Assembly (NCBI RefSeq): GCF_018350175.1
Contig: NC_058368.1
Location: forward strand, 196,108,001-196,172,000
Source of the DNA: Felis catus
Taxonomy: Eukaryota
Reading direction: 5' to 3'
DNA: 64,000 bases
Under the pieces are notes generated by a model, which was not told the DNA's origin, did no database searches, and worked only from the letters and a program-made list of their open reading frames with translations. Numbering within the stretch: the first letter of the stretch is position 1; each line of letters begins with the position of its first letter. Of the stretch, positions 26,577-40,249 are shown one piece after another. Both the position numbers and the translations under genes were made by a program.

Positions 26577-26633
26577 CTTTGCCCCTCTCTCAGGCTCGTG
26601 CATGCTCTCTCTTTCTAATAAAAATAAATAAAA
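26381..26633 (+). mobile_element. Carnivore SINE with long (CT)n
   Basis: SINE body; degenerate TSD aaaatagctgggttct / aaaatatccgggctct. Confidence 0.88.
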
Positions 26634-27199
26634 TATCCGGGCTCTGGAGTCCTATTGTGTGGGCTCAGGTTCCCACACCACCACTGATGGCTCTTGATCG
26701 CTTGCTTGTTTCCTTCGTTATAAAATGAGGGGAACAAAACATTTCTACCTCACAGGGTGATTGAAAGGATTCAATGGGATGATACATGCACCTCGCTTAG
26801 TAGAGGGTCCGGCATGCTGTGAATCATTAATGTAGGTGCTGTCATTGCTGTTGCTGTCCAACAAGCAGCTGCGATGTTCAGTCACTAGTCTCTGGGGCCT
26901 TTATCTGCCCACCCCACACCCAGGGCCTCCCTTGTCTCTGCTCTCTGGTCCCTGTGGGGCCCTGGCAGCCCCTCCTCGGTCCCCCCCCCCCCCCCCCGTC
27001 CCCAACTTCGATTCCCTTTCAGCTCCTCAAAGCCTTCTGCTCCCTTCAGGAATTCCAGACCGTCAGCAATGAGATTTCTCCTTCCAGTTTCTTCTCTGGA
27101 TATTCCCGTCTCGTCCTAGGAAACCTGGCCCTCCCCTGAAGGCGTTGCATTTCCCTGCAGGCCTCCCAATAGCCTCCCTGCTATGGAAGTGAGAGAAGG

Positions 27200-30175
27200 G
27201 GGTAGGAACCGCAGGATGTGAGCATGCTGTTCTACTCCTTATTTCCAGGCCATTCTCCTTCCCTCCTCCCTAAAGGACGCCAGTTTTGAATCTTGTCACC
27301 ACCCACGTGTAGCCAGGGAGCATGACTCCCTCAGTGCAGACATCTACCAACCCCTGGGGCACATCCTGCCATCCTCAAGGACTTCTTTACTCTGGACTCA
27401 GTTTCATTCTCAGTCAGGCTATCCCTGTTTTAGTTCTTGGTCGTCTCAGTTTTCACACAGAGGATGCTGCCATCACCCTGGATCCACTCACTCCAAGGAG
27501 CTCCTTCTCCGGCCCATCTGGACCACTCACTCCCATGGTCTTACCACTGCCCGCAACTCCTCTTTGAACCAACATCTCAGTCTCATGCCCCCGGGCCCCT
27601 GATCGCCAGCCCAAAGTATCGGCCGGTAACTGACTTCAGCTGTCCCTGGCCCCACTGGGACCTCTGACCTGTTGCCCCCACAGCCTTTAGGGTGTCTCTT
27701 AGCCCCTTGACATTCTCATGGCCCCAGTCATCCAGCTTCAATGTCATGCTCAGTCATGGTCACTGTTCTGTGCACTCACCGTCCTTCTCCCGCTGGTCTC
27801 TCAAGTTCTCGTTTAGTCCAAACGCACTGTTTATTCCGTGCCTGCATCCATGCAGCTGGACGTGGCTGGAAAAAGACATCAACCACCAACCTCAAGGGGG
27901 CCCTTAATGCTGCCTGGGAATCATCCTCTACTGCCCTGGACCTCGGTGATCGTTTCAAGTCTTCTATCACCTCCAACCTTCCATCTCGCTCTGCCCACCC
28001 CCAGCCTCATGCCACTCCCCCAATGAGACTGTTCTCAAGCTCCCACCCCCCACACGTGCTCTGCTCCCCGCAGCACCTTCCTTCTGCCTCATTTGCACAG
28101 ATGCACTACCCACGCTCCCACCCAAAGCCAATTAATCCCTGCAGGCACTAAAGCCCATCAGATCTCACACGCTCAAGGACGCAGCTCCTTCCTCAAATTT
28201 TCACCCCCATCAGTGTACAAATATCTGTTGTGGGTGCAACCTTAAAAAGGAAAACCCAAAAGAACCTCTTGATCCCGTTTCCTCATTCTCTCATCCTCTG
28301 CCTTTGGCACACGTTACCTTCATTTCTTCCTTACATCTACTCCATTCACACGTTCCCCTGATACACGTGCATGCGGAAACTGCTCTTGTGGAGGTGCCCA
28401 GTGCCCTCCGTGTTGCGGCATCTATGCACATTCTCGGCCTCACCGAGGTAGATACCTCTCGGCTGCCCACTCCCTTCTCCTTGATTCCCTTTCTTCGCTT
28501 GGCGTCTCAGACACGCCCTCCCTCTCGGTTTTCCTCCCATCTTCCTGTTCCCTGCTTCTTTTTCCTTGGCTGTCTCTTTCTCTTATCCCCATGTTCTGAT
28601 GCCCAGTCGCTGAACTCCCCTTCTCTATCTGCACTCAGCCCCTCGGTGGTCATCAACAGTCTCATGATTTCAAATACCATCTAGATGCTGAAGATGCCGC
28701 TCTTCAATTCCAGACTCATCCATCCCCAAAACTTCCTTGGCATCTCCACTTGGATGTGCAGTAAACACCTCAGACTCAGGCCTAAGGTTGAACGTCTCAT
28801 CTTCCCCTAAAAAACCAACTCCTCCCTCGGCCTTCCCCATCCTAGCTGATGACCACTCCATCCTTCCAGTTCCTTCTGCCATAAATGTTGGAATCATTTT
28901 TAAAAAATTTTTTGCGATGTTTATTTATTTTTGAGAAGCAGAGACAGAGTGTGAGTGGGGGAGGGGCAGAGAGAGAGGGAGACACAGAATCTGAAACAGG
29001 TTCCAGGCTCCAAGCTGTCAGCACAGAGCCCGATGTGGGGCTTGAACTCACGAACCGTGAGATCATGATCTGAGCCGAGGTCGGACACTTAACCGACTGA
29101 GCCACCCAGGCGCCCCAGAATCATTGTTGATAATTCTCTTTCTCTTATGTCTCCTGTCTAACCTATCAAGAAATCCTGTTGGATCTACTTCAGAAATATA
29201 ATGGAATTTTAATCACTTCTTTCTGCCCCCATGGACGCCACCTGGGTCTCAGCTACCAGTATCTTTCCCCTCTAAACTGGAACCCCTCCTTCTATGTTAC
29301 CTCTCACCCCCACCCCTACACCGACCGAGAGTCTATTCTCCAGAGAGCATCCTCATTGGTCCTATTAAAACCTAAGTCAGGGGGCACCTGGCCGGCTCAG
29401 TCAGTTAAGTGTCTGACTCTTGATTTTGGCTCAGGTCACGATCTCACGGTTTGTGGGATCAAGCCCCACATCAGGCTCCATGCTGACACCATGGAGCCTG
29501 CTTGGGATTCTCTCTCTCCCTCTCTCTCTGCCCCTCCCCACCTCGTGTTCTCTCTCTCTCTCTAAATAAATAAACTTAAAAAAAAAAAAAGTCAGATTCT
29601 GTCCCTCCTCTGCTCAAAACCCTCTGATGGCTCCTTACAGGATAAAAACCAAAGTCCTTGCAATGACCTGAAGGCCTATATGATGTGCCCATTCCATCCA
29701 TCACCTCCCATCACTGCATCTCATCACTGCACTGTGGCTACACTGGCCTTACTGTTCCTGGACTATGCCATGGGCGCTTCACCTGCGGCCTTTGGACATG
29801 CTGTTCCCTCTGCCTGCTGTAATCTTCCCTTAGATACTGGCAACACTTGCTCCTTTTCCTGCCTCCCCCCCTCTGCTCAAATCTCTCAACAAGGCTACCT
29901 TGCCCTCTCGATTTGAATCTGCTATGTGCCCCACCCCTTTCGTGAGAACCCCCCCACCCCTGCAATATCCTTTACCTTCTTTACCTTTACCTTTAACTTT
30001 TTCTTCTTTCCGTAGTAACTGATCACCTTGTAACATAATAGAGAATTTATTTAGATATTATGCCTGCCCTTGCTGCCAGAATGTAAACCCCAAGAAGGTA
30101 GGGATCGTTGTCTGCTTTGGTCACAAGTGTACCACAAGCATCTAGAACAGTGCAAGACACATACTAAGTGCCCAA
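27200..30175 (+). mobile_element. Long degenerate L2 element interrupted by SINEs
   Basis: Pyrimidine-rich L2-like text (ttggcatctccacttggatgt, ctgctcaaaaccctctgatggctcc) ending in tagaacagtgcaagacacatactaagtgcccaataa. Confidence 0.65.
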
Positions 30176-32011
30176 TAAGTCTTTTTTTTTTTCAAATTTT
30201 TTTAATGTTTATTTATTTTGGGGGCGCCTGGGTGGCTCAGTAAGTTAAGCGTACGGCTTTGGCTCAGGTCATGATCTCACGGTTTGTGGGTTTGAGCCCC
30301 GCCTCAGGCTCTGTGCTGACAGCTTAGAGCCTGGAGCCTGCTTCGAATTCTGTGTCTCCCTCTCTCTGCTCCTCCCCTGCTCATGCTCTGTCTCTCTCTC
30401 TCCTTCAAAAAATAAAAATAAAAACCTTTAAAAAAATGTTTATTTATTTTTGAGAAACAAAGCATGAGCAGGGAGGGGCAGAGAGAGAGAATCCCTCTTA
30501 GCAGGCTCTAGGCTCCGAGCTGTCAGCACAGAGCCCGACACGGGGCTTGAACTCACAAACCGTGAGATCATGACCTGAGCCGAACTCAGACGCTCAACTG
30601 ACTGAACCACCCAGGCACCCCTTTAAGTCTTAGCCTAAATGTCAGTATTATTATATCTCAGAGGTTGGCACAGAGCAAGTACCCAATGAAGACATACGCT
30701 TCAAAATATATTTTTAAATACCGTTATTATCCCATTTTACAGATAGAAAACTAAAGCCAAGAAAGGTTACAATTTTTGCCCACAACTAACAACTCTTTGT
30801 AGAAACAATACATATGTTGATTAAATAATCAAAGTGGAGTTTGAAAGCAGTGGCTTTGATGATTTGATATGAAGATAAGACTTCCCTGTAAAAGAAATAG
30901 GTTCTTCTTTTTAAAAAAACAAGTATTTGTTTTGTGTTATTTTTTAAAAGTAAGCTCTATGCCCAACTGGGGCTTGAAGTCATGAACCTGAGATCAAAAG
31001 TCACATGCTCTACCAAGGGAGCCAGCCAGGTGCCCCTAAAAAAAATAAGTTGTGAAGTAACTGTATGGACTGCCTTCAGCCGTAAGATTAAGCCAGTCTC
31101 CCTTCATGATGTTTCCCTCACCAAGGTCTGTTTAGTACAACTCTTATCCAAAGCAAGAGCTCACTCCACAATTCTCCAGTCTCTGCTATCATACCTCTTC
31201 TATTGAGGAATTTACTACTTGAGAATAAAAAGCCTTCCCTTTTCAGGACTATCAACAGACAATTCACAGAAAATATGCAAATGCTCAAAACAATCCATAA
31301 AGAGACATCTCACTGTACTAACCATGGAAGAAATACAATACTAAGAGACATAGTTTCTCAGTTAAGCAGCAGTGGAAATTGACATGAACTTTCTGGAGGG
31401 CAATTTAGCAACATGTATCAAAATTTCAAATATATATTCCTTTTGACTTCTGGCAATCTACCCTGAGGAAAGAAAGGCACAAGTATGTTCCTGACAGTTT
31501 TGTTTACATTTACAAATTTTGTCCCCACCAACAGAGAACTGGTTAAATAATGGTTTGGCTATACAAAGGAATACCAGGTAGTAGTTAAAAATGATACAAT
31601 ACAGCTATGGGACACCTGGGTGGTTCAGCCAGTTGGGCGTCCAACTTTGGCTCATGTCGTGATCTCACAGTTTGTGAGTTTGAGTCCAACATCCGGCTCT
31701 GTGCTGATAGCTCGGAGCCTGGAGCCTGCTTTGGATTCTGTGTCTCCCTTTCTCTTTGCCCCTCCTCTGCTCGCACTCTGTCTCTCTCTCTCTCTCCTTC
31801 AAAAATAAACATTAAATAAAATTTAAAAAAAAAATAAAAAAACAGGGGCACCTGGGTGGCTCAGTCAGTTAAGCATCCAACTTCAGCTCAGGTCATGATC
31901 TCATGGTTTGTGAGTTTGAGCCCCGTGATGTGCTCTGTGCTGACAGCTCAGAGCCTGGAGCCTGCTTTGGATTCTGTGTCTCCCTCTCTCTCTGCCCCTC
32001 CCCGACTTGTG

Positions 32012-32044
<33 letters not shown>

Positions 32045-32095
32045 TCTCTCTCAAAAATAAATAAATGTAAAAAAAATTTTTTTTTAATTAAAAAA
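28897..32095. mobile_element. SINE cluster (28897-29116 -; 29381-29590 +; 30182-30621 - with 30220-30437 + nested; 30930-31037 -; 31609-31842 +; 31845-32095 +)
   Basis: Repeated SINE heads and bodies with A/T tails and TSDs. Confidence 0.88.
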
Positions 32096-32490
32096 GATAC
32101 AGCTATTCCTGGTTGCTGCAAGAAAGAGTATAGGGTTGCCGGGGGCAGAGATGAGAGGAAATCTTTTTTTTTTTTTTTTTTTGCACACTTTTACATATCT
32201 GTTTATAGTCTCTTTATTCTTGTGAAAGCACTTAATATTCAAAATAACAAATAAAATTTTAAGTATTTGTAAAAAAAAATGTTGTAGTTCTCTACTATAG
32301 TTGTGGGAAGATGTCCACAATGTTGAGGGAAAAAAAGGTTACCAAATGGCATACAGAATATGATTTCATTTACCTAAGACTGTGTGTTTTATGATAAAAA
32401 TATAGATATAGACAGTTATTTCTGGAATTATGCTCCAATTCAATAATGATAATTTGATAATGGTGTTATTCCTAGAAGAAAGAATTTAGA

Positions 32491-33661
32491 CCAGCACTCT
32501 TCACAGAGCTAGAACAAATAATCCTAAAATTTGTATGGAACCAGAAAAGACCCAGAATAGCCAAAGCAATCTTGAAAAAGAAAACCAAAGCAGGAGGCAT
32601 CACAACCCCAGACTTCAAGCTATACTACAAAACTGTAATCATCAAGACAGTATGGTACTGGCACAAGAACAGACACTCAGATCAATGGAACAGAATAGAG
32701 AACCCAGAAATGGACCCACAAACGTATGGCCAACTAATCTTTGACAAAGCAGGAAAGAATATCCAATGGAATAAAGACAGTCTCTTCAGCAAGTGGTGCT
32801 GGGAAAACTGGACAGCGACATGCAGAAGAATGAACCTGGACCACTTTCTTAAACCGTACACAAAAATAAACTCAAAATGGATGAAAGACCTAAACGTAAG
32901 ACAGGAAGCCATCAAAATCCTTGAGAAGAAAGCAGGCAAAAACCTCTTTGATCTTGGCCGCAGCAACTTCTTATTCAACACGTCTCTGGAGGCAAGGGAA
33001 ACAAAAGCAAAAATGAACTACTGGGACCTCATCAAAATAAAAAGCTTCTGCACAGCGAAGGAAACAATCAGCAAAACTAAAAGACAACTGACAGAATGGG
33101 AGAAGGTATTTGCAAATGACATATCAGATAAAGGGTTAGTATCCAAAATCTATAAAGAACTTATCAAACACAACACCCAAAAGATAAATAATCTGGTGAA
33201 CAAATGGGCAAAAGACATGAATAGACACTTCTCCAAAGAAGACAGCTGGATGGCCAACCGACACTTGAAAAAATGCTCAACATCACTCATCATCAGGGAA
33301 ATACAAAACAAAACAACAATGAGATACCACCTTACACCTGTCAGAATGGCTAACATTAACAACTCAGGCAACGACAGATGTTGGCGAGGATGAGGAGAAA
33401 GAGGATCTATTTTGCATTGTTGGTGGGAATGCAAGCTGGTGCAGCCACTCTGGAAAACAGTATGGAGGTTCCTCAAAAAACTAACAAGAGAACTACCCTA
33501 CGACCCAGCAATTGCACTACGAGGCATTTATCCAAGGGATACAGGTGTGCTGTTTCGAAGGGACACATGCACCCCCATGTTTATAGCAGCACTCGCAACA
33601 ATAGCCAAAGTATGGAAAGAGCTCAAATGTCCCTCGATGGATGAATGGATAAAGAAAATGT

Positions 33662-33713
<52 letters not shown>

Positions 33714-34092
33714 ATGGAGTATTACTCAGCAATCAAAAAGAATGAAATCTTGCCATTTGCAACTATGTGGATGGAACTGGAGGGTATGATGCTAAGTGAA
33801 ATTAGTCAGAGAAAGACAAAAATCATATGACTTCACTCATATGAAGACTTTAAGAGACAAAACATATGAACATAAGGGAAGGGAAACAAAAATAATATAA
33901 AAACAGAAGAGACTCATAAACATGGAGAACAAACTGAGGGTTACTGGAGGGGATGGAGTGGGGATGGGCTAAATGGGTAAGGGGCACTAAGGAATCTACT
34001 CCTGAAATCATTGTTGCATCATATGCTAACTAATTTGGATGTAAATTTAAAAAAACAAAAAATAAAACAAGTTAATAAAATAAAATAAAATA
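32491..34092 (+). mobile_element. 5'-truncated feliform LINE-1 (ORF2 C-terminus + 3'UTR + A-rich tail)
   Basis: ORFs 32572..33393 and 33412..33789 are L1 ORF2 ([42 protein letters not shown]). In-frame TGA at 33391-33393; A-rich tail at ~34049-34092. Confidence 0.97.
33664..33713. repeat. (TA)n(CA)n microsatellite inside L1 ORF2
   Basis: Direct reading. Confidence 0.95.
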
Positions 34093-34657
34093 ATGTGGTA
34101 AATCTATACATGGAATACTACTAAGCAATTAAAAATGAATGAATCTATTGATATATGTAACAAAATGGATGTGTCTCAAGAGAATTATGCTAGGTAAAAA
34201 AAAAATCTCAGAAGGTCACATACTTGTGATTCCATTTATATAACTTTCTTGAAATAATGAAATTCTGGCGCTGAAAAATAGATCAATGGTTTCCAGAGAT
34301 TAGGGGTGGTGGTAGAGATGGAGGGGCAGAGAGGTGGATGGGACTCTGAAAAGGCAGCACAAGTAGGTTTTGTGGTAATGGAACAGTTCTGTGTGGTAAT
34401 TGTGATGGTAGCTATACAGGTGTACGTGTGTGATACAATTATATAGCACTCTATGCATACATCGCAATCGCTTGTTTCCTGTGATTGTGTTTTATAGTTA
34501 CGCAAGATGTTACCACTACGGGAAACTGGGTGAAGAGTACATGGGAACTCTCCCTACGTGTTTTTGTGATTTCCTGTGAATCTGCAATTATTTCAAAATC
34601 AAAAGTTAAAAACTATATAGCAACATCCTATAGCATAATGCCAAAAGCAAAATAAAG

Positions 34658-34731
<74 letters not shown>

Positions 34732-34858
34732 GGGTATGTATATGTATTACATACATACGTATTTAAAATTGTAAACAGTGTTTGTCTTCGGATGGATACT
34801 TGTTTTTCTTTTTACATTCAAGTGACTTCCAAATGAACATGCATTAATTTAAAAAAAA
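34093..34858 (+). mobile_element. Old L1M-type 3' fragment plus microsatellite lying inside the L1 TSDs (putative 3' transduction)
   Basis: Degenerate L1M 3'UTR-like text (tggaatactact...atggatgtgtctc...gattccatttatataac) ending in a 9-nt A run that runs into the right TSD copy at 34859. Confidence 0.75.
34661..34729. repeat. (AT)n(AC)n compound microsatellite
   Basis: Direct reading. Confidence 0.95.
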
Positions 34859-34997
34859 AGAAGAAAGAATTTAGAAATGATTTTTACTTTTTTCTATACG
34901 CTTTATCATGTGGATCGTTTATGAGCACAGATTTTTTTAGCCATTGGGAAAAAATATTGCAAGGTTATTCTCTTTTCTTTAAAAAAAAAATGAAGTG

Positions 34998-35056
34998 CCT
35001 CCTGGGTGTTGTATGGAAACCAATTTGACAATAAATTTCATATATTAAAAAAAAAA
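34998..35056 (+). mobile_element. Ultra-truncated young feline L1 3' terminus
   Basis: ctgggtgttgtatggaaaccaatttgacaataaatttcatatatt followed by A10; flanked by A10-(t/g)gaagtg direct repeats. Confidence 0.75.
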
Positions 35057-35397
35057 GGAAGTGGATCTTCTGTACGTATTTGCATAGATCATGTTTGGAA
35101 AGGACGTACACCAAGGTGTTAATTGTGGTGGGTAAGACTGTCACTGGTTTTTTTCTCTTTTGTCTTCCTTGTACTCTCCTTTGAGAATGTTTATATGTTT
35201 CTCTTTTATAGGTATTCTGTAATTAATTGCTTTTGTAAAGGGGAAACTTTTTTAAAAAGGAGGTCTTTGCTAAACTGAGTTAAAGCTGTTCAGTGGCACC
35301 AACTCTAGTGAAGAAAGGGCTATATGTTACCCTGTATAATCGCTAATTTTGTTCAAAAATTTCATATATATGCAATATATGTAGTCTATTACATGGG

Positions 35398-35431
<34 letters not shown>

Positions 35432-35759
35432 CCTATTTCTTTGCCTTTCCTCATATCTCCATCTATACACCTCCCAACCCTTCAAGGTCCTTCACTATTA
35501 GAGGGATACATGGAAGTAGCTATCAAACATACAGTCTTTGAAGTCAGAAATCCAAATCAGCCACAAATGTGTAATCTTGGTTAACATCCTTTATCCGTAA
35601 AAGAGAAATAAAAAGTTATCTATTTGATAATTTTGTGAGGATTAAATGAAGCAATGCATATAAATCGCTCAGCGCAAGCTAGTATATAATAAATATTGAA
35701 TAATTTATCCTTATTTTGTTCAGGACATAGCCAGCCGTCCAGTCTGTGATGAAAGCAGG

Positions 35760-36700
35760 CAATTGCTGCTATTGCCCTCCGCGCCACGAGAGGCGCTGCC
35801 GCCTCCGGGCCGACTAGGCCCGGGGTCAGGATGGAAGAAGTCAGTCTAGGTGCGGCCGCCACCATCTTCGCACAAGGGCCCGCCTCGCTCAGCAGATGTA
35901 GCTGCTTCGTGCAGTCTCAGAGGCAGACCCGCTCGCAGCGACACCCTGCCCCTTGCCTCCTTTAGCGCTCTTTTAAGTAAACCGCCTTTCCCGAGGGCGA
36001 GTCTTCAACTCCTTAGAAACGGGCCACCGGCTTCGCTCCGTGACCTCAGACGTACACTTCCGGGAGCGCGAACGTGACCCGTCGCCCCGCCCTCTCTCGC
36101 CCTCTCTTTCCGGTGGCGGAGTCTAGCGAAGACGCGCAGGTAGGAGGCTTCAGCGGGTTTAATCGAGTGGCATCCTGAGGCAGGGGGACCCATCGGGGTT
36201 CGGGGCGCTGGGCTGGGGTGTTTCCGCGGAAGCCGAGTCAGGTGCCAGGCGAGAGGGGCGCGGCCGGCCGACCCCAGACCCAGGTTCGCGCCTGGTCTCG
36301 GAAGCGGCGGTCTTGTCTCAAGGAGGAGCTTGTGAAGGGGAGGGGGTTGAGTGTGGCTACAGCCCTGAAGGCCCTCGCTCCGCGCTGCCACCACCGTTCC
36401 GTTTAAGGGGCCGCACAGCATGTTTGGGAAGGACCCGGGACCCTAGTCCGATGTGGCTTTTCTACTCCGCCAGCTTCTTGAGCGGTCGTAGGCCGGGCTC
36501 CTAATCTGTAGTTTGTTTCCTTGTTTGGGAAGTAGGATTAACTGTCGTCCGGATTCCGTGGGGGTTATGGTGGGGATTCAGGGACGGAATCAGAAAAAAC
36601 GGCCTTGTGTTGGGTGCTCCCTGAACCCGGTTGAGGGCTAGGTCTGGCACGTCGCAAGTACTGGGCGCGCCTTACAAAGCCAGAAATTAAAGGTAGAGAA
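35760..36700 (+). promoter_or_regulatory. RPS14: RPS14 CpG-island promoter with ETS/GABP site
   Basis: CpG-dense region around exon 1. CACTTCCGG (CCGGAAGTG on minus) at 36055-36063 lies ~45 nt upstream of the TCT/TOP initiator. No TATA box seen. Confidence 0.88.
36104..36139 (+). other. RPS14: RPS14 non-coding exon 1 with 5'TOP (CTCTTTCC)
   Basis: Pyrimidine tract cctctctttcc at 36101-36111 is followed by ggtggcggagtct...cgcag|GTAGGA (donor at 36140). This resembles the mammalian RPS14 mRNA leader. The exact TSS is approximate. Confidence 0.9.
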
Positions 36701-37538
36701 GGATGTACGTCAGTGTTGGTTGAGCACCTGCCATGCGTTTATATATTCTGTAAGGACCCGTCTCATCACCACCTCAGGGCGGCATTTGTGGGGTGGCCAC
36801 TTTAGGAATTCGTATTCATGCTTCCTGATGAATCTGATCTGCTGAAGTTCTGATCTGCTGGTCTTTCTGGGCTTCTCCAGGCAGAACTTAAAACTTTTCC
36901 TGTGAGCACCCTTGGCCCCTTCCTTAAAATTCTTACTCCATTGGATGTAATTTGAACGTAGGAACAGTTACTTTGTACATCTGAGGCCTACACATGTGCT
37001 TACTGTGGTCACTCCCCAGACCTTGTATAAGGAAGGCACTGGGGAGATCCAGGAATGCAAGAGACATGGACTTTCTCGGGTCTGGAATGGTGGTCCTTCA
37101 TGGAATAAAAGCATCTTGGCACGGGGTAGAAAGTGCTGGACTGGGAGTCGGGGCACTGATTTTTAAGTCTGGTTTTGCCACTGTCTTTACGAACCAAGGC
37201 AGGGCCATATTTGTTTTCATCCGAAAGGGTGCAGCCTAAGTCACCTGAGCCCTTCTGATTTCTAGTGTCTTCTGGAAGTGTTAGGGAATTGTTCGGATTG
37301 AGTGTCAGGAGGTGCTTTGGGCAGAAAGTAGTCCTCTCTTCGCCTTCCACTTACCCATACTTGCTTTTCCTCCTTTGATGGAATAATTGCACTTCCATTA
37401 CATGCTATGTCAGATTAGAGTTACTTGATTTCGCTAACACTGAGTCTTTGGGATGGGGCTTTTCCATTAGCCTTCCAAAAGGATATGTTTTATTGCCTTT
37501 AATGCTCGATTCTAGTAGAAGTTTAAGAATTTGGTTCT

Positions 37539-37778
37539 GAGCACTTGGGTGGCTCAGCTGCTTAAGCGTCCAACTTCGGCTCAGGTCATTGATCTCGTGG
37601 TCGTGAGTTTGAGCCCCACGTCTGGCTCTGTGCTGACAGCTCGGAGGGGGGAGCCTGCTTCGGATATTGGGTGTGTCCCGTCCCCCCCTTCTCTGCCCCT
37701 CCTGTACTCATGCTTTGTCTCTGTCTCTTAAAAATAAGCATTTAGAAATGTTTAAAACATTAAAATTAAAAAAAAAAG
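37539..37778 (+). mobile_element. Feline SINE in RPS14 intron 1
   Basis: gagcacttgggtggctcag head, A tail, degenerate TSD aagaatttggtt / aagcatttggtt. Confidence 0.9.
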
Positions 37779-38515
37779 CATTTGGTTTTAATCAGTAGTG
37801 GAAGGATAGCAGGAGATGAATTGTCAGAGGATGGGAGATAGCCCTTGAACTGGCTTTTTGGAGGGATCTGGTACAGGATATAGTAGGAGATGAAACTAGG
37901 GAACTATGTGGGTGAGGGACCCTTGAATTCTAAGCGTAGGAGTTAGTGCAGAGTTCAGGCAGCAGGTGTCTTCCGTAAAGGGTCTTCAGCTGTCACCAAT
38001 TCATGGGTAGGTCATTGGTCTTGGCCTTCTACTAATCTTTCTGAATGCAGTCTTTAAAGTCTTTGAGCCTAACCAGTAAATGATACTTGGGGTCCAGGAG
38101 ACCAGAAGCCCTCGTGGTATTGGAAGTGTTGTGGAGTGTAGACTAGGAATCCCTTAACCTGGTTCTCATCACTGCTCTGCAACTGACTTGTTGTGTCACT
38201 AAACAAATTTTTAAAAATTTCTCAGGATATATATTGTGGGCTTTAAGGCCCAGGAAGAATTGATTACCCGGGTTTGCAGAGCTGTCAGTTGAACTTGGAG
38301 GTCTCTAGGGATCTAAGCCAGTGTTTTTCGCGGTTTTGAGGCCGAGTTGGTAAAAATTGGAGGGATACTTGTGGTCTTGCTGCTAGAACTCTGGGCTGCT
38401 TAGCAAGTGCTATGATCTGTGCTTTAAGTAAATTCAGGGGAAAGGTTATCTCAAGGTACTTTGCTTCTTTAGCCACCAGTTGAACTCTCCTAAGTGCAGA
38501 GAGAAGTGAGTTTAG

Positions 38516-38815
<300 letters not shown>

Positions 38816-39374
38816 TGAGTACCTGGGTGAAGAGGTACAGACCAAACTGGCAAGGGTCTGGGGGAAGAAATTCTCCTGGAATCGGGTGGCAGTTTAAGGG
38901 GTTCTCTTGAAAGAATTAAAAAGTTCAGATAAGGAAACGTGTTTGTTTAGTCACAAATACTGTGATTTCCCAGGCATTTGAGTTACAAGAAAGACGTTCC
39001 CTGCCCTTGTGTCCTTAAAGTGTGGTGATCCGTGAATCCTCAATCTGTTGGTACTTAGTAGGAGCAGTGGTGGACTGGAAGTCAGCTCTACGTACAGGTT
39101 CTGGCCACCATTAGCAAGAGTCACTCAAATCCTAAGATTTGGTTTTCTCATAATATATACGGTGAGGTTAACGTCTACGTCATGGGGCAATTGAGAGGAT
39201 TAAATGTAAAAGTAAATTTATATTGTTAATACAGCGTCCCATTCATTTGGGTCTTTGAACCCCATCAAGGCAGAACCCACGGCCGTCGTGTTAGAAAGGA
39301 TGCATATTCGAGTTGACCTTCATCTTCTGCCATACCCGAACTGTGGCACTCATTAGGATGTGCTGAGTACTTAG

Positions 39375-39611
<237 letters not shown>

Positions 39612-40249
39612 TGAGGTCTCTGGGCATGGATGCCAAAGCACCTGGATTTGAGGCTTGGTTTTTCTCTTGTGACTTTGCACAAGACATGTTAAGTGTGTTC
39701 ATATTTAGTAGTTGGTTGCTGCACCACCGCTTCTGCTCCCTCCTCCCCAACTTTGTTGAGCACTCGCTGCATACCAGGTATTGTGTTTGGGGTACTAGAA
39801 AAGAATGATGGAAAAGAGTAGCTATCACCTCTCGTCTCCCGTATAGAGGCACCTAGGCTGGTAGGAGAGTCTGACTTTAAACAACCTAAGCAGGGGCGCC
39901 TGTGCTTCCCATTTGTGGCAAGTGCTAGGAAGTAAAGGTATGGTGTCAGGAATGGGAGTTAGTGACAAGGTGTAATTTCAGCTAAGACCTAAATGTGCCA
40001 GGAAGTGGTCCAGTGAAAGAAGGACAGGGAGAAAATATTCAGCAAGATACAGCTGCAGTGGAAAAGTCTCGAGTGGGAACGGACTTGGCACATCTGTGGG
40101 AAGAGTGTTGTGAATTGTGATCAGAGAGCTAGGCAGGAGCAAGCTCCTGCTGGGTCTTAAAGAAACAGTAAAGAGCTGGACTTCAGCCAAAGGTGGGGGG
40201 AGCAAAAGAACTTTTTAATAGTAATGACCTGATGAAATTGGGCATTTTT

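Noticed and set aside
35780..35798. CTCF-like GCGCCACGAGAGGCGCTG in the RPS14 promoter
   Set aside because: One base short of the core spacing; a chance match is likely in GC-rich DNA.
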